The notes under the pieces were generated by a model, which did not search any database, was not told where the DNA came from, and saw only the letters and a program-made list of their open reading frames with translations. A stretch of DNA of 64,000 nt, taken from the NCBI GenBank assembly GCA_965219685.1, contig CBDCOH010000002.1, positions 1,888,001 to 1,952,000 on the forward strand, in the 5' to 3' direction. A program made the translations under genes and the position numbers. Every line of letters starts with the position of its first letter. Position 1 is the stretch's first letter. Origin of the DNA: Candidatus Spongiisociaceae bacterium (lineage in GTDB: Bacteria > Actinomycetota > Acidimicrobiia > Spongiisociales > Spongiisociaceae). Shown piece by piece: positions 49,755 to 59,899 of this stretch.

Positions 49755-49773
49755 TATTGTCGACAATAGACGA
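49755..49773. promoter_or_regulatory. Candidate GntR operator 3
   Basis: tattgtcgacaata palindrome; its reverse complement tcgtctattgtcgacaata closely matches operator 1. Confidence 0.72.
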
Positions 49774-49831
49774 CCGGCGAAGGAGACTCCGCTGGGAGTC
49801 TGTCACTAGTGAGCACGGAGGAGATGGCACT

Positions 49832-51046
49832 GTGACACTGACGCCTGTGAAAGCCCCACCGCCACGCGGCGATTTCGTCCACAGCACGCCAGAGGAGCGG
49901 GAGCGGCGCCTCAGCCTCCTACGGGAGGGAATGGCGCAGCAGGGCCTCGCTGCTCTGGTGGTTTGCGGTCGAGACGACATCCGGTACCGGGGACGGACCT
50001 TCTGGGTTTCAGACGTGTGGCAGCTACTCGCCGACACGCATGTAGTGATCCTCCCGGAGGGGGATCCCATCTTCATCGGAGGTCAGGTGTTCGGTCTCGA
50101 ACAGGCAGAACAGGCTCTCTGGCCGGGTGAATTCAGGGTGAGCGGCCTTTCGGGCACCGAGATCGCCGACGTGCTCAGCTCAAACGGCCTGGGCAGCGCG
50201 GCGGTCGGAATCACCGGTCTCTCGGATGCCTCGTTCGCGTCCTGGCACCTGCAGCAGATCAAGGACGCGCTCCCCGATCTCGAGATCCATGACGCTACCC
50301 AACTCTTCGAGGACGCCCGGCACACCAACAGCGAGGAGGAACTGTATTACCTCCGCGTGACCTCGGAGCTCTACAACGACATCTACGAGGTCCTCGAGCC
50401 GAAGATCCGGCCGGGTATGACCGAGATCGAACTCGCCGCGGAGTCCCACAAAGTGTCCCGAGAGCTCGGCCTGCGCGACCCGATGGTTCTCATGCAGACT
50501 TCGCCTTACGGACCGCTCAGCTTCGGCACCACCAAGGTGATCGAGAAGGAAGACATCGTAACCCTATGGATCGAGTCGGCCGGTCCCACGGGCTACTGGC
50601 TGGAATACCGACGGTGCTACAGCTTCGGTCCCCCGACCCCCGATGCCCAGGAATTCTGGGATCTTTCGGTTGACTCGCTCAACGCCGGGCTCGCAGCCAT
50701 GAAGCCGGGAGCCATGGCGTCGGCGTTCGTGGAGGGGGTCCACAACTATCTCGTGGAGAACTCCGAATACCACTTGGGCTACACCCACGCCTCGAACCCG
50801 CACTCCATGTTCAGCCTGCACGGTATCGACTGCGACGCCATCAAGGGTGTATGGGTTCCGGGGAACGACCGGGTTCTGAAGGACACGGAGGTGGTGAACA
50901 TCCACCCGACGGTCGAGTTCAAGGATCACGCCACATTCGAGAAATACAGTTGGCTCGGGATCACGGACAACGCCCTGGTGACCGAGGACGGCGGGGTCCT
51001 GATGACGCACTCTCCCGACCTCCCCGACGGATTCAAAGAACTATGA
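49832..51046 (+). CDS. M24 (creatinase/prolidase-fold) protein with atypical ligand set
   Basis: Creatinase_N-like start (ERRL..LREGM), RPGMTE.EL, GYWLE, HGI, NIHP; GTG after GGAGG. Confidence 0.78.
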   Translation: MTLTPVKAPPPRGDFVHSTPEERERRLSLLREGMAQQGLAALVVCGRDDIRYRGRTFWVSDVWQLLADTHVVILPEGDPIFIGGQVFGLEQAEQALWPGEFRVSGLSGTEIADVLSSNGLGSAAVGITGLSDASFASWHLQQIKDALPDLEIHDATQLFEDARHTNSEEELYYLRVTSELYNDIYEVLEPKIRPGMTEIELAAESHKVSRELGLRDPMVLMQTSPYGPLSFGTTKVIEKEDIVTLWIESAGPTGYWLEYRRCYSFGPPTPDAQEFWDLSVDSLNAGLAAMKPGAMASAFVEGVHNYLVENSEYHLGYTHASNPHSMFSLHGIDCDAIKGVWVPGNDRVLKDTEVVNIHPTVEFKDHATFEKYSWLGITDNALVTEDGGVLMTHSPDLPDGFKEL

Positions 51047-51084
51047 GATCACCGATCGGACAAGGAAACTAGGAGGCCGCCATC

Positions 51085-51873
51085 ATGCGTTTGGAGAACC
51101 GCACCGCGATCGTCACGGGCGCCGCATCGGGTATCGGGCGCGCCATCGCCCGCCGTTTTGCACGGGAGGGCGCCTCGGTCGTCGTGAGCGACATCCGGGA
51201 GACGCCGATCTGGGCGCCTGAGGGAGATGACCTGCCGACGGTGGACGCCATCCTGGCTGAGGGCGGGAAGGCCGAATACGTCCAGACCGACGTGAGCAGT
51301 TGGGACAGCGTGGACGCTCTGGTCGGCGGCGCGGTCGAGAAGTACGGGCGCCTCGATGTCATGGTGAACAGCGCCGCGGTCTTCGAGTCCACCAACATCC
51401 TGGACACCACCGTGGACAATTGGAACGAGGTGATGGCAGTCAATCTCCGCGGCCAGTTCTTCTGCTGCAAGCGGGCGATCATGCAGATGATCGGTCAGGA
51501 AATGCACGGCGAGGTCAGGGGGCGGATCGTGAACCTGTCGTCCCAGCACGGCATGATCGGACCGCCGGAGTACTTCGCCTACGCAGTCAGCAAGGCGGGA
51601 ATCGCGCAGATGACCCGCCAACTCGCGGTGGACTACGCGAAGCAGGGGATCATGGTCAACGCAGTGGCGCCGGGCCGGATCATCACAGGGACTCACCCCG
51701 GGGAGGCTGATATGACCGACCCCGAACTCCCCTACTCGTACTCGCGTACACCCTTCTCCCGGCTGGGTAAACCAGACGATATCGCCGGAGCCGCACTCTT
51801 CCTCGCCTCCGACGACTGCACGTTCGTTTCGGGACACAACCTTCTCGTCGATGGGGGCTGGATGGCGTACTGA
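51085..51873 (+). CDS. Short-chain dehydrogenase/reductase
   Basis: TGAASGIG, YAVSK, NAVAPG, VDGG. Confidence 0.92.
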   Translation: MRLENRTAIVTGAASGIGRAIARRFAREGASVVVSDIRETPIWAPEGDDLPTVDAILAEGGKAEYVQTDVSSWDSVDALVGGAVEKYGRLDVMVNSAAVFESTNILDTTVDNWNEVMAVNLRGQFFCCKRAIMQMIGQEMHGEVRGRIVNLSSQHGMIGPPEYFAYAVSKAGIAQMTRQLAVDYAKQGIMVNAVAPGRIITGTHPGEADMTDPELPYSYSRTPFSRLGKPDDIAGAALFLASDDCTFVSGHNLLVDGGWMAY

Positions 51874-52009
51874 GTTGGGAGCGCTTTGAACCCGGCACTC
51901 AAACGGAGGAGTCGGAGACCCGTAACTAATCGCTCTGCCCGGTCGTTAGTTGGACAGCGACTCAGGAGATCGAAGCAGGGAACAGACACTTACGAATAGG
52001 AGGTATCCA

Positions 52010-53413
52010 GTGTCAAGATGGTTCAAGAAGTGGCCAACTCTCGCGGCGTTGCTCGTGTTAGCCCTCGTGGCTGCCGGTTGCGGCGACGACGAACCCGCCC
52101 CGACGACCGCCGCCGCGACTACACAGGCTCCGGCAACCACCCAAGCGCCGGCGACGACCGAAGCAGCGCCGATGACAGCCGGCGAAGTGATGGCGATGTG
52201 CGATGTCGCCATACCGGAGGTGAGTGTGAACTTCGGGATGGCGCCGTTCGGTGACCACACGATCTACTCGCACGCCATGGCCGAGGGTTGGTTCGAGGAG
52301 GTGGGGATCAACATCAACGAGAAGTTCGCCACCATTCCGTACGAACAGATCGTGGCCCTGTTGGTCAACGAGGACTACGATTTCACGACCCAGTACGGAC
52401 CCAACCAGCTTCAGAGCATGCTCCGAGCGCCGGATGTGCAGCAGGTAACGTTCAGCGACGCCTACGTCGGCCTGTACTTCCTCGCACCTCCTGACAGCGG
52501 GCTCGATACGGTTCCTGATCTGGTCGCATCGGGTATGAGTTACGAAGATGCCTTCAAGCAGGTCGTCGGCCAGATGGTCGGCACGCGTGTTGCCATCGAT
52601 GACACCGGATCCCACCGCTCCTTCGTCGATGCGGTCTTCGAGGCGGGAGGTGTAACACCTGACGACTTCGCCGAGTTGATAACGGTCGACGATGCTCGCA
52701 TGTTGCTCCTCGGTCGTGGCGGCCAAGCCGACTTCGTCAAGCCTTTGGGCGGCGCTCAGAACGCCGAATTGATGCAGGATGGTTGGTACCCGATCCTGGG
52801 CGCAACCGACCTGATCGCCCTCCTTCCGCCCGGTGACCCCCGGGGAGCAACCGGAATCGGGCACACCGGCTTGGGAGCTCGAGCCAGCCACTACGCGGAG
52901 GACCCCGACACGTTCCTGCGGGTCGTGAGCGTGATGTTCCGCGTGATCGACGCCGTCAAGAGGGACGTAGCCGAGGGTACGGATGACGCCTTGGCCAACA
53001 TCCTTCCCGTGCTCGAGTCGGCTGCCGCGGTAGAGATCGGCATAGACGGCCTGAGGATCATCTACGGCCAGATCGACCCCATGAAGTCCTTCGAGGAGCA
53101 GACCGAATACTGGGACGACGAGAGCAACCCGTTCCACTACAAGAACGTCTACCGGCCCCAGATCGAGGCTGCCCAGGAGGGCGGCATCCTGCCGGACGAC
53201 CAGGAAATCGACCCGTCCCTGGGGTTCGGCCTGGCTGAGGAGATCTACGACGCCCTGGTCGATCTACGAGATCAGTACGACTCGATGGTTTCGCAGGCAG
53301 GAGGCTTGGAGGGGCCGTACGCCGAGATGGCCACCATCGCAGCCACCCACTACGAGAACCGCAACTACCTCGACGCGGCTCGGATTCTCGAGGCCGCGGT
53401 CAAAGGCTGCTGA
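52010..53413 (+). CDS. ABC substrate-binding lipoprotein (NitT/TauT-type system)
   Basis: AGGAGG RBS, lipobox AAGC, TTQAPA linker; precedes a TauB/TauC-like ATPase and permease. Confidence 0.78.
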   Translation: MSRWFKKWPTLAALLVLALVAAGCGDDEPAPTTAAATTQAPATTQAPATTEAAPMTAGEVMAMCDVAIPEVSVNFGMAPFGDHTIYSHAMAEGWFEEVGININEKFATIPYEQIVALLVNEDYDFTTQYGPNQLQSMLRAPDVQQVTFSDAYVGLYFLAPPDSGLDTVPDLVASGMSYEDAFKQVVGQMVGTRVAIDDTGSHRSFVDAVFEAGGVTPDDFAELITVDDARMLLLGRGGQADFVKPLGGAQNAELMQDGWYPILGATDLIALLPPGDPRGATGIGHTGLGARASHYAEDPDTFLRVVSVMFRVIDAVKRDVAEGTDDALANILPVLESAAAVEIGIDGLRIIYGQIDPMKSFEEQTEYWDDESNPFHYKNVYRPQIEAAQEGGILPDDQEIDPSLGFGLAEEIYDALVDLRDQYDSMVSQAGGLEGPYAEMATIAATHYENRNYLDAARILEAAVKGC

Positions 53414-53439
53414 CCCGGTAGGAAACCAGAGCGGAGATT

Positions 53440-53479
53440 GGAGTCCGCAGGGCACCCGAGGCGGTGTCCTGCGGACTCC
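53440..53479 (+). terminator. 17-bp hairpin after the binding-protein gene
   Basis: ggagtccgcagggcacc-cgaggc-ggtgtcctgcggactcc (one G-U pair), followed by gtttccgtt. Confidence 0.65.
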
Positions 53480-53703
53480 GTTTCCGTTCCAGCCGTTCGG
53501 ACGATGTTCCGGGGACAACGACCCCGGGGACTCGGGGATGGTGCAGGAAACGACCGGCGCCCGATTGATAAAGTTCGGCAGGAGAGGCGATCATCGACTC
53601 GAACGTCCGCGTCGCTTATCGGTCAATCGAGTGCTGCTAGGAGACGCCAAGCGGAGTAGATTCCGTGACAGGCTCGATACGGAGCGCATAGAGCCGGAGG
53701 GAG

Positions 53704-54588
53704 GTGACAGGTCACATGCAGGATGTTGACGGCTCTGGAACAGGGTCACAGACCGCGTCCGGCGGGCACGGTTTCCGACCTCGCGCGTCCGATGATCCGC
53801 CGACGACTCCCGTGAACTCCTCGCCGCCTGCGATCGAACTCAAGTCGGTCACCAAGACCTTCGTCCTGGAGTCGGGGGAGGAGCTAACGGCGGTTCGGGA
53901 TGCCTCACTCACGGTGGCCAGGGGGGAGTTCGTTTGCGTGGTCGGCCCGTCCGGACACGGCAAGTCGACCCTACTGAACCTGATTGCAGGATTCATCGAG
54001 CCTTCGAGCGGCGAGATTTTCGTGAACGGAGAGCCCGTGGAGGGACCGGGGCCTGACCGGGGCGTCGTCTTCCAGCGTGACACCCTGTTCCTCTGGCGAA
54101 GGGTGGCCGCCAACATATCGTTCGGGTTGGAAGCCCGTGGCGTACCCAAACAGGAGCGCAAGGCCACGGTCGAACGCTATCTGAAGACGGTCGGCCTCGA
54201 GGACTTCGCCGGTGCATGGCCTCGGCAGCTGTCGGGGGGGATGCGTCGTAGGGTGGCGATCGCGGCCGTCTTCGCGAACGAACCTGACGTCTTCCTGATG
54301 GACGAGCCCTTCGTCGGACTGGACTACCTCCGCCGGGCGCAGCTGCATAAGGTCCTCCTCGACCTCTGGGAGGAAGGCGGCCACCGAGCCGTGTTCATGA
54401 TCACCCACGATGTGGATGAGGCATTGGCGCTCGGGGATCGCATCCTCGTCGTGAAGGAGGGGCGAATCGTCGAGGACGTGGAGGTCGCCCTGCCCAGGCC
54501 TCGCTCCACCTACATGATCACCGGCGACGAAGCATCCATCATCCGCCGAAGCGTCGTGCTCCACTTCGGGGATCTGGAAATAGCATGA
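53704..54588 (+). CDS. ABC ATP-binding protein (TauB-like)
   Basis: GPSGHGKST, LSGGMRRR, LMDEPF, ITHD; start may be ATG 53716. Confidence 0.9.
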   Translation: MTGHMQDVDGSGTGSQTASGGHGFRPRASDDPPTTPVNSSPPAIELKSVTKTFVLESGEELTAVRDASLTVARGEFVCVVGPSGHGKSTLLNLIAGFIEPSSGEIFVNGEPVEGPGPDRGVVFQRDTLFLWRRVAANISFGLEARGVPKQERKATVERYLKTVGLEDFAGAWPRQLSGGMRRRVAIAAVFANEPDVFLMDEPFVGLDYLRRAQLHKVLLDLWEEGGHRAVFMITHDVDEALALGDRILVVKEGRIVEDVEVALPRPRSTYMITGDEASIIRRSVVLHFGDLEIA

Positions 54589-55505
54589 CCAGCCAAGACC
54601 TCGGCGCCGGCTCCGGCCCCGAGGAACCGAGGCGGAGGAGTAGTCGCGGCACACCGCGGGAGGAAGGGACCGCCTCCAGGAGTAAGGAGCGCCGGATACA
54701 CCCGCTCGCCGTCCTGTCGTTCCTGGCGATCATCGCGGCCTGGCAGGCTTCATCGGTGGTTCTGGGCGAGACCGTGGGTTACAAACGCGTCCCCGGCATC
54801 GAGGATGTCGTCCGCTCCTTCATCGAGTACGCCGGTTACTGGCAGGGCGGCCTTGGGGCCGAGTCGACCAGGACGGGGGCCGAGCCTACGAATTGGGGCG
54901 CCACGCTTGGTTTGGGCCACAACACGCTGGTGACGATGCTCAGGACGATCGCCGGCTACACGATCGGCGTGATCACGGGGATCGGGCTGGGCTTCCTGAT
55001 AGCTTGGTCGAAGATAGCGAGGGGCCTGTTGACCTTCCCCGCCCATCTAGCCCGGATGATGCCCCTCCTGGCCATGATCCCGCTCTTCGCCCTCTGGTTC
55101 GGTGATAGCGAACTCGGCGTCCTTACCTTCATTGCCTTCGCAGTGGGTATCCTGCTGTTCGCAATCACCATCAACGCTATCGGCAATGTTCCGCTCCACT
55201 ACTGGCAATACGCCAGAAGCCTTGGCGCCAGCCCCCTGCGTACGTACGCTCGAGTCGTGTTCCCGGCCGCGTTTCCCCAGCTCAGGGGTGGTTTGTTGCT
55301 TGCGGTCGCCTTTTCCTGGAGCGCTGCGCTGGCTGCGGAGTTCCTGGGACAGCAGGTCGGACTCGGCCACGTCCTCCAGAGCGCGCTCTACTACGCGTCG
55401 ACCGATGTCGTGGCGCTCACAGGTCTGGTGGTGATCGTGTTCGCGGCGGTGACCTACCTTGCCGCCAACAAGACCCTCGCCTGGCTGACCCGTTGGGCGG
55501 AATAG
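54585..55505 (+). CDS. ABC permease
   Basis: Multiple TM segments, PLLAMIPLFALWFG, ARSLGAS. Confidence 0.88.
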   Translation: MTSQDLGAGSGPEEPRRRSSRGTPREEGTASRSKERRIHPLAVLSFLAIIAAWQASSVVLGETVGYKRVPGIEDVVRSFIEYAGYWQGGLGAESTRTGAEPTNWGATLGLGHNTLVTMLRTIAGYTIGVITGIGLGFLIAWSKIARGLLTFPAHLARMMPLLAMIPLFALWFGDSELGVLTFIAFAVGILLFAITINAIGNVPLHYWQYARSLGASPLRTYARVVFPAAFPQLRGGLLLAVAFSWSAALAAEFLGQQVGLGHVLQSALYYASTDVVALTGLVVIVFAAVTYLAANKTLAWLTRWAE

Positions 55506-55600
55506 CGCCCTCCGGGTTCGAGCGGGCTGTACCTCCTCTTGCGAGCAGGAAGGGCAACATGAGTACGTTTCCGGTCACATCACGAGGAAAGGGGTCGTAG

Positions 55601-56521
55601 ATGGCCTTCGAGTTCGTCCATACACCCGGGCCACCGAGAGATCTGGTGGGATACGGCAGCCGGTTGCCCAAGGTGCGGTGGCCCGATGACGCTCACGTCG
55701 CAGTGAACATAGTCGTGAACTACGAGGAGGGTTCGGAGTACTCGTTCCCGGCAGGAGACGGGGGGAACGAGCACCATGGCGGGGAGGAGAGCTATCCGTT
55801 TCCGGATGACAAGAGGAACCTCGCCCAGGAGACCATCTACGAGTACGGGAGCCGGGCCGGCATTTGGAGACTGCTGAGGCTCTTCGACGAGTACGACGTC
55901 AAGGCCACCATGTTCGCCTGTGCGGCGGCATTCGAACTGAATCCCGAGGTGGCGACCGTATCCAAGGCAGCCGGACACGACCTCATGTCCCACGGATGGA
56001 GATGGAGCGAGCATTGGCGGCTGAGCCGGGCGGAAGAGGCCGAACATATGCGGCTGGCGATTGAGTCCTTCGAGAGAACCTGGGGGGAGCGCCCGCGTGC
56101 CTGGTATTGCCGCTACGGACCATCAGTGCACACCCGCGATCTGGTAGTGGCAGATGGCGGGTTCGTATACGACTCCGACGCGTACAACGACGATTTCCCG
56201 TACTTCGTGACCGTCCGGGAGCGGCAGCATCTGGTCGTGCCCTACAGCCTCACGTACAACGACCTGCAGGGAACCTTGAGTCCTGTCGACTTCCTCGAAT
56301 ACCTGAAGCGCGGGCTCGACGAGTTGTGGCGGGAAGGCGCGGCGGGCTATCCGAAGATGATGTCGGTGGGTCTGCATCCCCGCATCGTGGGGCAGGCCGG
56401 GCGGACATCGGCACTCAGGGAGTTCATAGAACACGGGCTGGCCTTGGGGAACGTCTGGTTCGCACGGCGCATGGACATCGCCGAGTGGTGGACCGATCAC
56501 CACGAGGAGTTCACGGCCTGA
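55601..56521 (+). CDS. Polysaccharide-deacetylase-fold protein, PuuE-type allantoinase-like
   Basis: VNYEEGSE, YEYGSRAG.WR, SHGWRW, YDSDAYNDD.P, MMSVGLHPR. Confidence 0.88.
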   Translation: MAFEFVHTPGPPRDLVGYGSRLPKVRWPDDAHVAVNIVVNYEEGSEYSFPAGDGGNEHHGGEESYPFPDDKRNLAQETIYEYGSRAGIWRLLRLFDEYDVKATMFACAAAFELNPEVATVSKAAGHDLMSHGWRWSEHWRLSRAEEAEHMRLAIESFERTWGERPRAWYCRYGPSVHTRDLVVADGGFVYDSDAYNDDFPYFVTVRERQHLVVPYSLTYNDLQGTLSPVDFLEYLKRGLDELWREGAAGYPKMMSVGLHPRIVGQAGRTSALREFIEHGLALGNVWFARRMDIAEWWTDHHEEFTA

Positions 56522-56549
56522 GGCCCCCGCTTTGAGGGAGGATTCCGGC

Positions 56550-57698
56550 GTGGCAACGCACCGACGGAGCGCCTCGATCGGGCTCGACACCCTGGCCGAG
56601 CGATGGGACCGGGTAAGGGAAACGCTGAGGGCCGCCGGAGTGGGTCCGGTCATCGTCTACGCGGCCGGGGCGTTGGGGCGGTACGGTTTGGCCCACTACC
56701 TGACCGGAGCGTTTCCGGATCCCAAGGGAACGTATGTCGTGTTCGGGAGCGAAGTCCCACCCGTGATCGTTGCCACGACTCCGGGGGAGCGCCTCAAGTG
56801 GGAACACTACGGCAACGCCCTCGTGGAGATCGCCTACCCGGCCGGACCCTCCCACCTCGCCCGGCTGCAGCGTGTCGCGGAACTGATCGATGCGCGACAG
56901 GAAGGAATTCCTCCCGCTGTAGCTGCCGGAGGAATGCGCGGTCTGCCGTGGAAGGACCATCAGCGCTTGATCCAGCTTCTCGGGACACCCGACCTCCCTG
57001 ACGTGTCGCAACTACTGGACGACGTCAAGAAGTTGAAGACGCCGACCGACCTCGAAGGGATGAGAACCTCGGTAAGGATGGCGGAGGACGCCCTCGATCG
57101 GTTCGTCGCGCGAGCGCACGCCGGAATGACCGAACTGGAGGGGGCGGCCATGATCGAGTCGAAGCTGCGACAGGAAGGAGCGCCCACCTGTCTCGTCGAC
57201 GTGAGTGCCGGACCGTATCTGAGCCAGGCGCCAACCCATCGATCGCTCGACCGGGGTGACCTGGTCACGGTCTTCGTGGAGACCGCCAATGCCGACGGAT
57301 ACTGGGTTGAACTGGGGGCGCTGATCGCATTCGGTCGGGTTGGCGGTGACCGGTGGGCGCTGGCGGAGAAGACCATCGACGCCCTCCGGCCGGCCGAACG
57401 TCACGCTGTCCCGGGTTCAGCGGCTTCAGATCTTGCCTGCCGGATCGACCGGCTGATAGAGAACACCGGCCGCCCCGCTTTCGGATACGGGCATGGCGTG
57501 GGAATCGACGAGGAACGGCCCACCGTTTCTCCCGGCGACCACACGCCCTTGGAGGCGGGGACGACTATCGCCCTCCACCCCTCGATCCTGGCATCCGGTG
57601 GCCGGCACTCACTCGCAGTGGCCAACACGTATTCCTTAGGCGAGCGCGGGGTTGAGCCGCTGTCGGATCATCCATACAGGATCCGCAGCATCGCATGA
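56550..57698 (+). CDS. M24-fold protein with atypical ligand set
   Basis: KT..DL..MR, GMTE.E, GYWVE, GHGVG.D, ALHP; GTG after GGGAGG. Confidence 0.78.
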   Translation: MATHRRSASIGLDTLAERWDRVRETLRAAGVGPVIVYAAGALGRYGLAHYLTGAFPDPKGTYVVFGSEVPPVIVATTPGERLKWEHYGNALVEIAYPAGPSHLARLQRVAELIDARQEGIPPAVAAGGMRGLPWKDHQRLIQLLGTPDLPDVSQLLDDVKKLKTPTDLEGMRTSVRMAEDALDRFVARAHAGMTELEGAAMIESKLRQEGAPTCLVDVSAGPYLSQAPTHRSLDRGDLVTVFVETANADGYWVELGALIAFGRVGGDRWALAEKTIDALRPAERHAVPGSAASDLACRIDRLIENTGRPAFGYGHGVGIDEERPTVSPGDHTPLEAGTTIALHPSILASGGRHSLAVANTYSLGERGVEPLSDHPYRIRSIA

Positions 57699-57751
57699 AG
57701 GTGAGGGGACCGGATGTCTAAGATTTGCCCGGAGGGAGGCGGGGATCCACC

Positions 57752-58579
57752 ATGACGGCGCGATATCGAACCACGGTCGGGATACGACGACGTAACCTGT
57801 CGAGCCGTGTCCGCCAACTCGTCCTGGCCGCGCTCGGGGTAGGTCTGGTGCTGGTCATGTGGACCCTGGCCGCGGCAGCAACCGAGCCGGTGAGAATCCC
57901 CTCCCCCATCCTGGTCTTCGAGGCGATCAGCCAGAATCTCGTCGAGATCCGCGCCCTCGAATTCGCTTCCTTCGGAAGTGGTGGAATCATCCAGAACCTG
58001 ACCTATACGGCTGTCAACGTCCTAATGGGCGTTGCAGCCGGAGCCGTCGCAGGCTTTGCGATCGGGCTTCTGATCGGCCGTGTACGGATAGTACGCAACC
58101 TCCTGGAGCCGCCGCTGCTCTTCGTCGGCACCGTGCCGGTGCTGGTGCTACTTCCGTTCCTCTCCCTGTGGTTCGGCACCGGCCGGCTGGCCTCGAACGG
58201 GATGGTCATCTTCTACACGATGGTCACCGTCGCGGTGGTGACCCAGCAGGCAACCACCAATATCTCCAACTACTACGACAACTACGCGCTGAGCCTGGGC
58301 GCCAGTTCCACCCGGGTGCTCCTCCAGGTCGTCAGGCCGGCTGTGATACCCGAAGTGCTGGGCGCGGTGCGGGTCGCCCTGGCGTTCGGTTGGGGATTCC
58401 AGGCGATCGCCGAAGTCCTGGGTGGCCAGATCGGTGCAGGCAGGGTGATCAGGGTCTACGCGCAGTACGCAGCCACCGCCGAGATTCTCGCCATCGTGTT
58501 TTCGGTCGGCGTTCTCGCAGTCGTTGTGGATGGGATCGTCGCCGGTGTCGGTCGGTGGGTGGTCAGGTGGCAGGAGTAG
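57752..58579 (+). CDS. ABC permease (second permease of the 52010-55505 system)
   Basis: TM segments, PVLVLLPFLSLWFG, ALSLGAS, IAE. Confidence 0.87.
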   Translation: MTARYRTTVGIRRRNLSSRVRQLVLAALGVGLVLVMWTLAAAATEPVRIPSPILVFEAISQNLVEIRALEFASFGSGGIIQNLTYTAVNVLMGVAAGAVAGFAIGLLIGRVRIVRNLLEPPLLFVGTVPVLVLLPFLSLWFGTGRLASNGMVIFYTMVTVAVVTQQATTNISNYYDNYALSLGASSTRVLLQVVRPAVIPEVLGAVRVALAFGWGFQAIAEVLGGQIGAGRVIRVYAQYAATAEILAIVFSVGVLAVVVDGIVAGVGRWVVRWQE

Positions 58580-58749
58580 GGGCTATTGGGTGGTTCGGCA
58601 ACATTCCTCGCGGCTGTTGAAACCGGTATCTCCACCGGGTCGGTGGGATAGTGTGGGCCTATCCGAGAGACTCGGTCCACATTCTTGACCACCGACGATC
58701 GCGTTCTGCCGGGATCCTGGAAGCGGGTGAGACGAAGTAGGGAGGCCTG

Positions 58750-59730
58750 ATGGACCGCGAAGCGATCGCAGCCGCTCGCATGGTGATCAACCGGGTTCTG
58801 GGCATCCGGGATGGCGAGACAGTACTCATCACGAACGACTCACCGAAGACGACGGATCTGTCTTCACTGCTGGCAAGTGCGATCTGGGAGGCGGCGGCGA
58901 CTCCTGTCGAACTCTTCATGACCAAGTTGGCCCGTCCCGGATCACCCATCCCGTCGCTGATCACCCAAGCCGCCCACCATGCCGACGTGTGGATCGAACT
59001 CAACGAGATCTACATCCTGGGGACACCGGCGGATCATGATGCTCGGAGGGCCGGGACACGTCGTTTCTACAGCCTCTCCGGGATGACCGTGGACGACCTC
59101 ATCCTGCTCGAACTCAAGGTCGATCGCCTGGCTCTGGCGGAACTCGGAGAACGCCTGGGAGAACTCACCACCGGGAAGGAGGAACTCCGAATTACTTGCG
59201 ATAGCGGCTCCTCTTTCCGAGCGAGTATTCGAGACTGTGTGGCCAGCCCCGACACAACCACCATGCCGCTCGGGCAGACCCACATCTCCCCGATCGAGGA
59301 GTCCGTTAGTGGACGCCTGGTCTTCGATGGATCTGCCTTCCCACCCGAGTCCCTGACGGTATTGAAGGACACAATCAGCATCGAGTTCTCGGACGGACTG
59401 TCACGAGTGACCGGTGATGGCAGCGAAGCCCAAGTCTTGGCAAGTTGGCGCGAATGGAACGATGATCCGGGAATCCACCGACTCAACCATGTCTCTTACG
59501 GTTATCACCCCAACGTCCCGTTGCCCACCGGCCGTCTCGTGGCAGACGAAAGAGTTTTCGGGTGTTTGTGCGTAGGTTTCGGTCCTCCCCAGCCATACAC
59601 GTGTCACTCGGATCTCACGATCCTGGCACCGACCGTGCATGTCGATGACGAACCCGTACAAATAAGGGGACGATACGTCGACGCCGAGGCTCGAAAGCTG
59701 GCCCGAAGCCTTCAGGCGCCAGGCTACTAA
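58750..59730 (+). CDS. Aminopeptidase-T (M29) fold protein, NicX (2,5-dihydroxypyridine dioxygenase)-like
   Basis: GETVLI..D, P.E.S.SG.LVFDG, HVSYGYHP, E, HSD (His/His/Asp triad). Confidence 0.6.
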   Translation: MDREAIAAARMVINRVLGIRDGETVLITNDSPKTTDLSSLLASAIWEAAATPVELFMTKLARPGSPIPSLITQAAHHADVWIELNEIYILGTPADHDARRAGTRRFYSLSGMTVDDLILLELKVDRLALAELGERLGELTTGKEELRITCDSGSSFRASIRDCVASPDTTTMPLGQTHISPIEESVSGRLVFDGSAFPPESLTVLKDTISIEFSDGLSRVTGDGSEAQVLASWREWNDDPGIHRLNHVSYGYHPNVPLPTGRLVADERVFGCLCVGFGPPQPYTCHSDLTILAPTVHVDDEPVQIRGRYVDAEARKLARSLQAPGY

Positions 59731-59899
59731 CGGAGGAGAAGAATGCGTTTGCCGATCGGGAAGCAGCAATTCCACATGTCGATCAATGGGTCGTGTTGAG
59801 GACGATGGCACGAGACACCAAAGTGAGGCCGAAAGGCTTGGCGCTCGTATCGCTTCCCCGTGAGCCCGCGAACAGTCCATCCGGTGGGGAGAAGGAATA

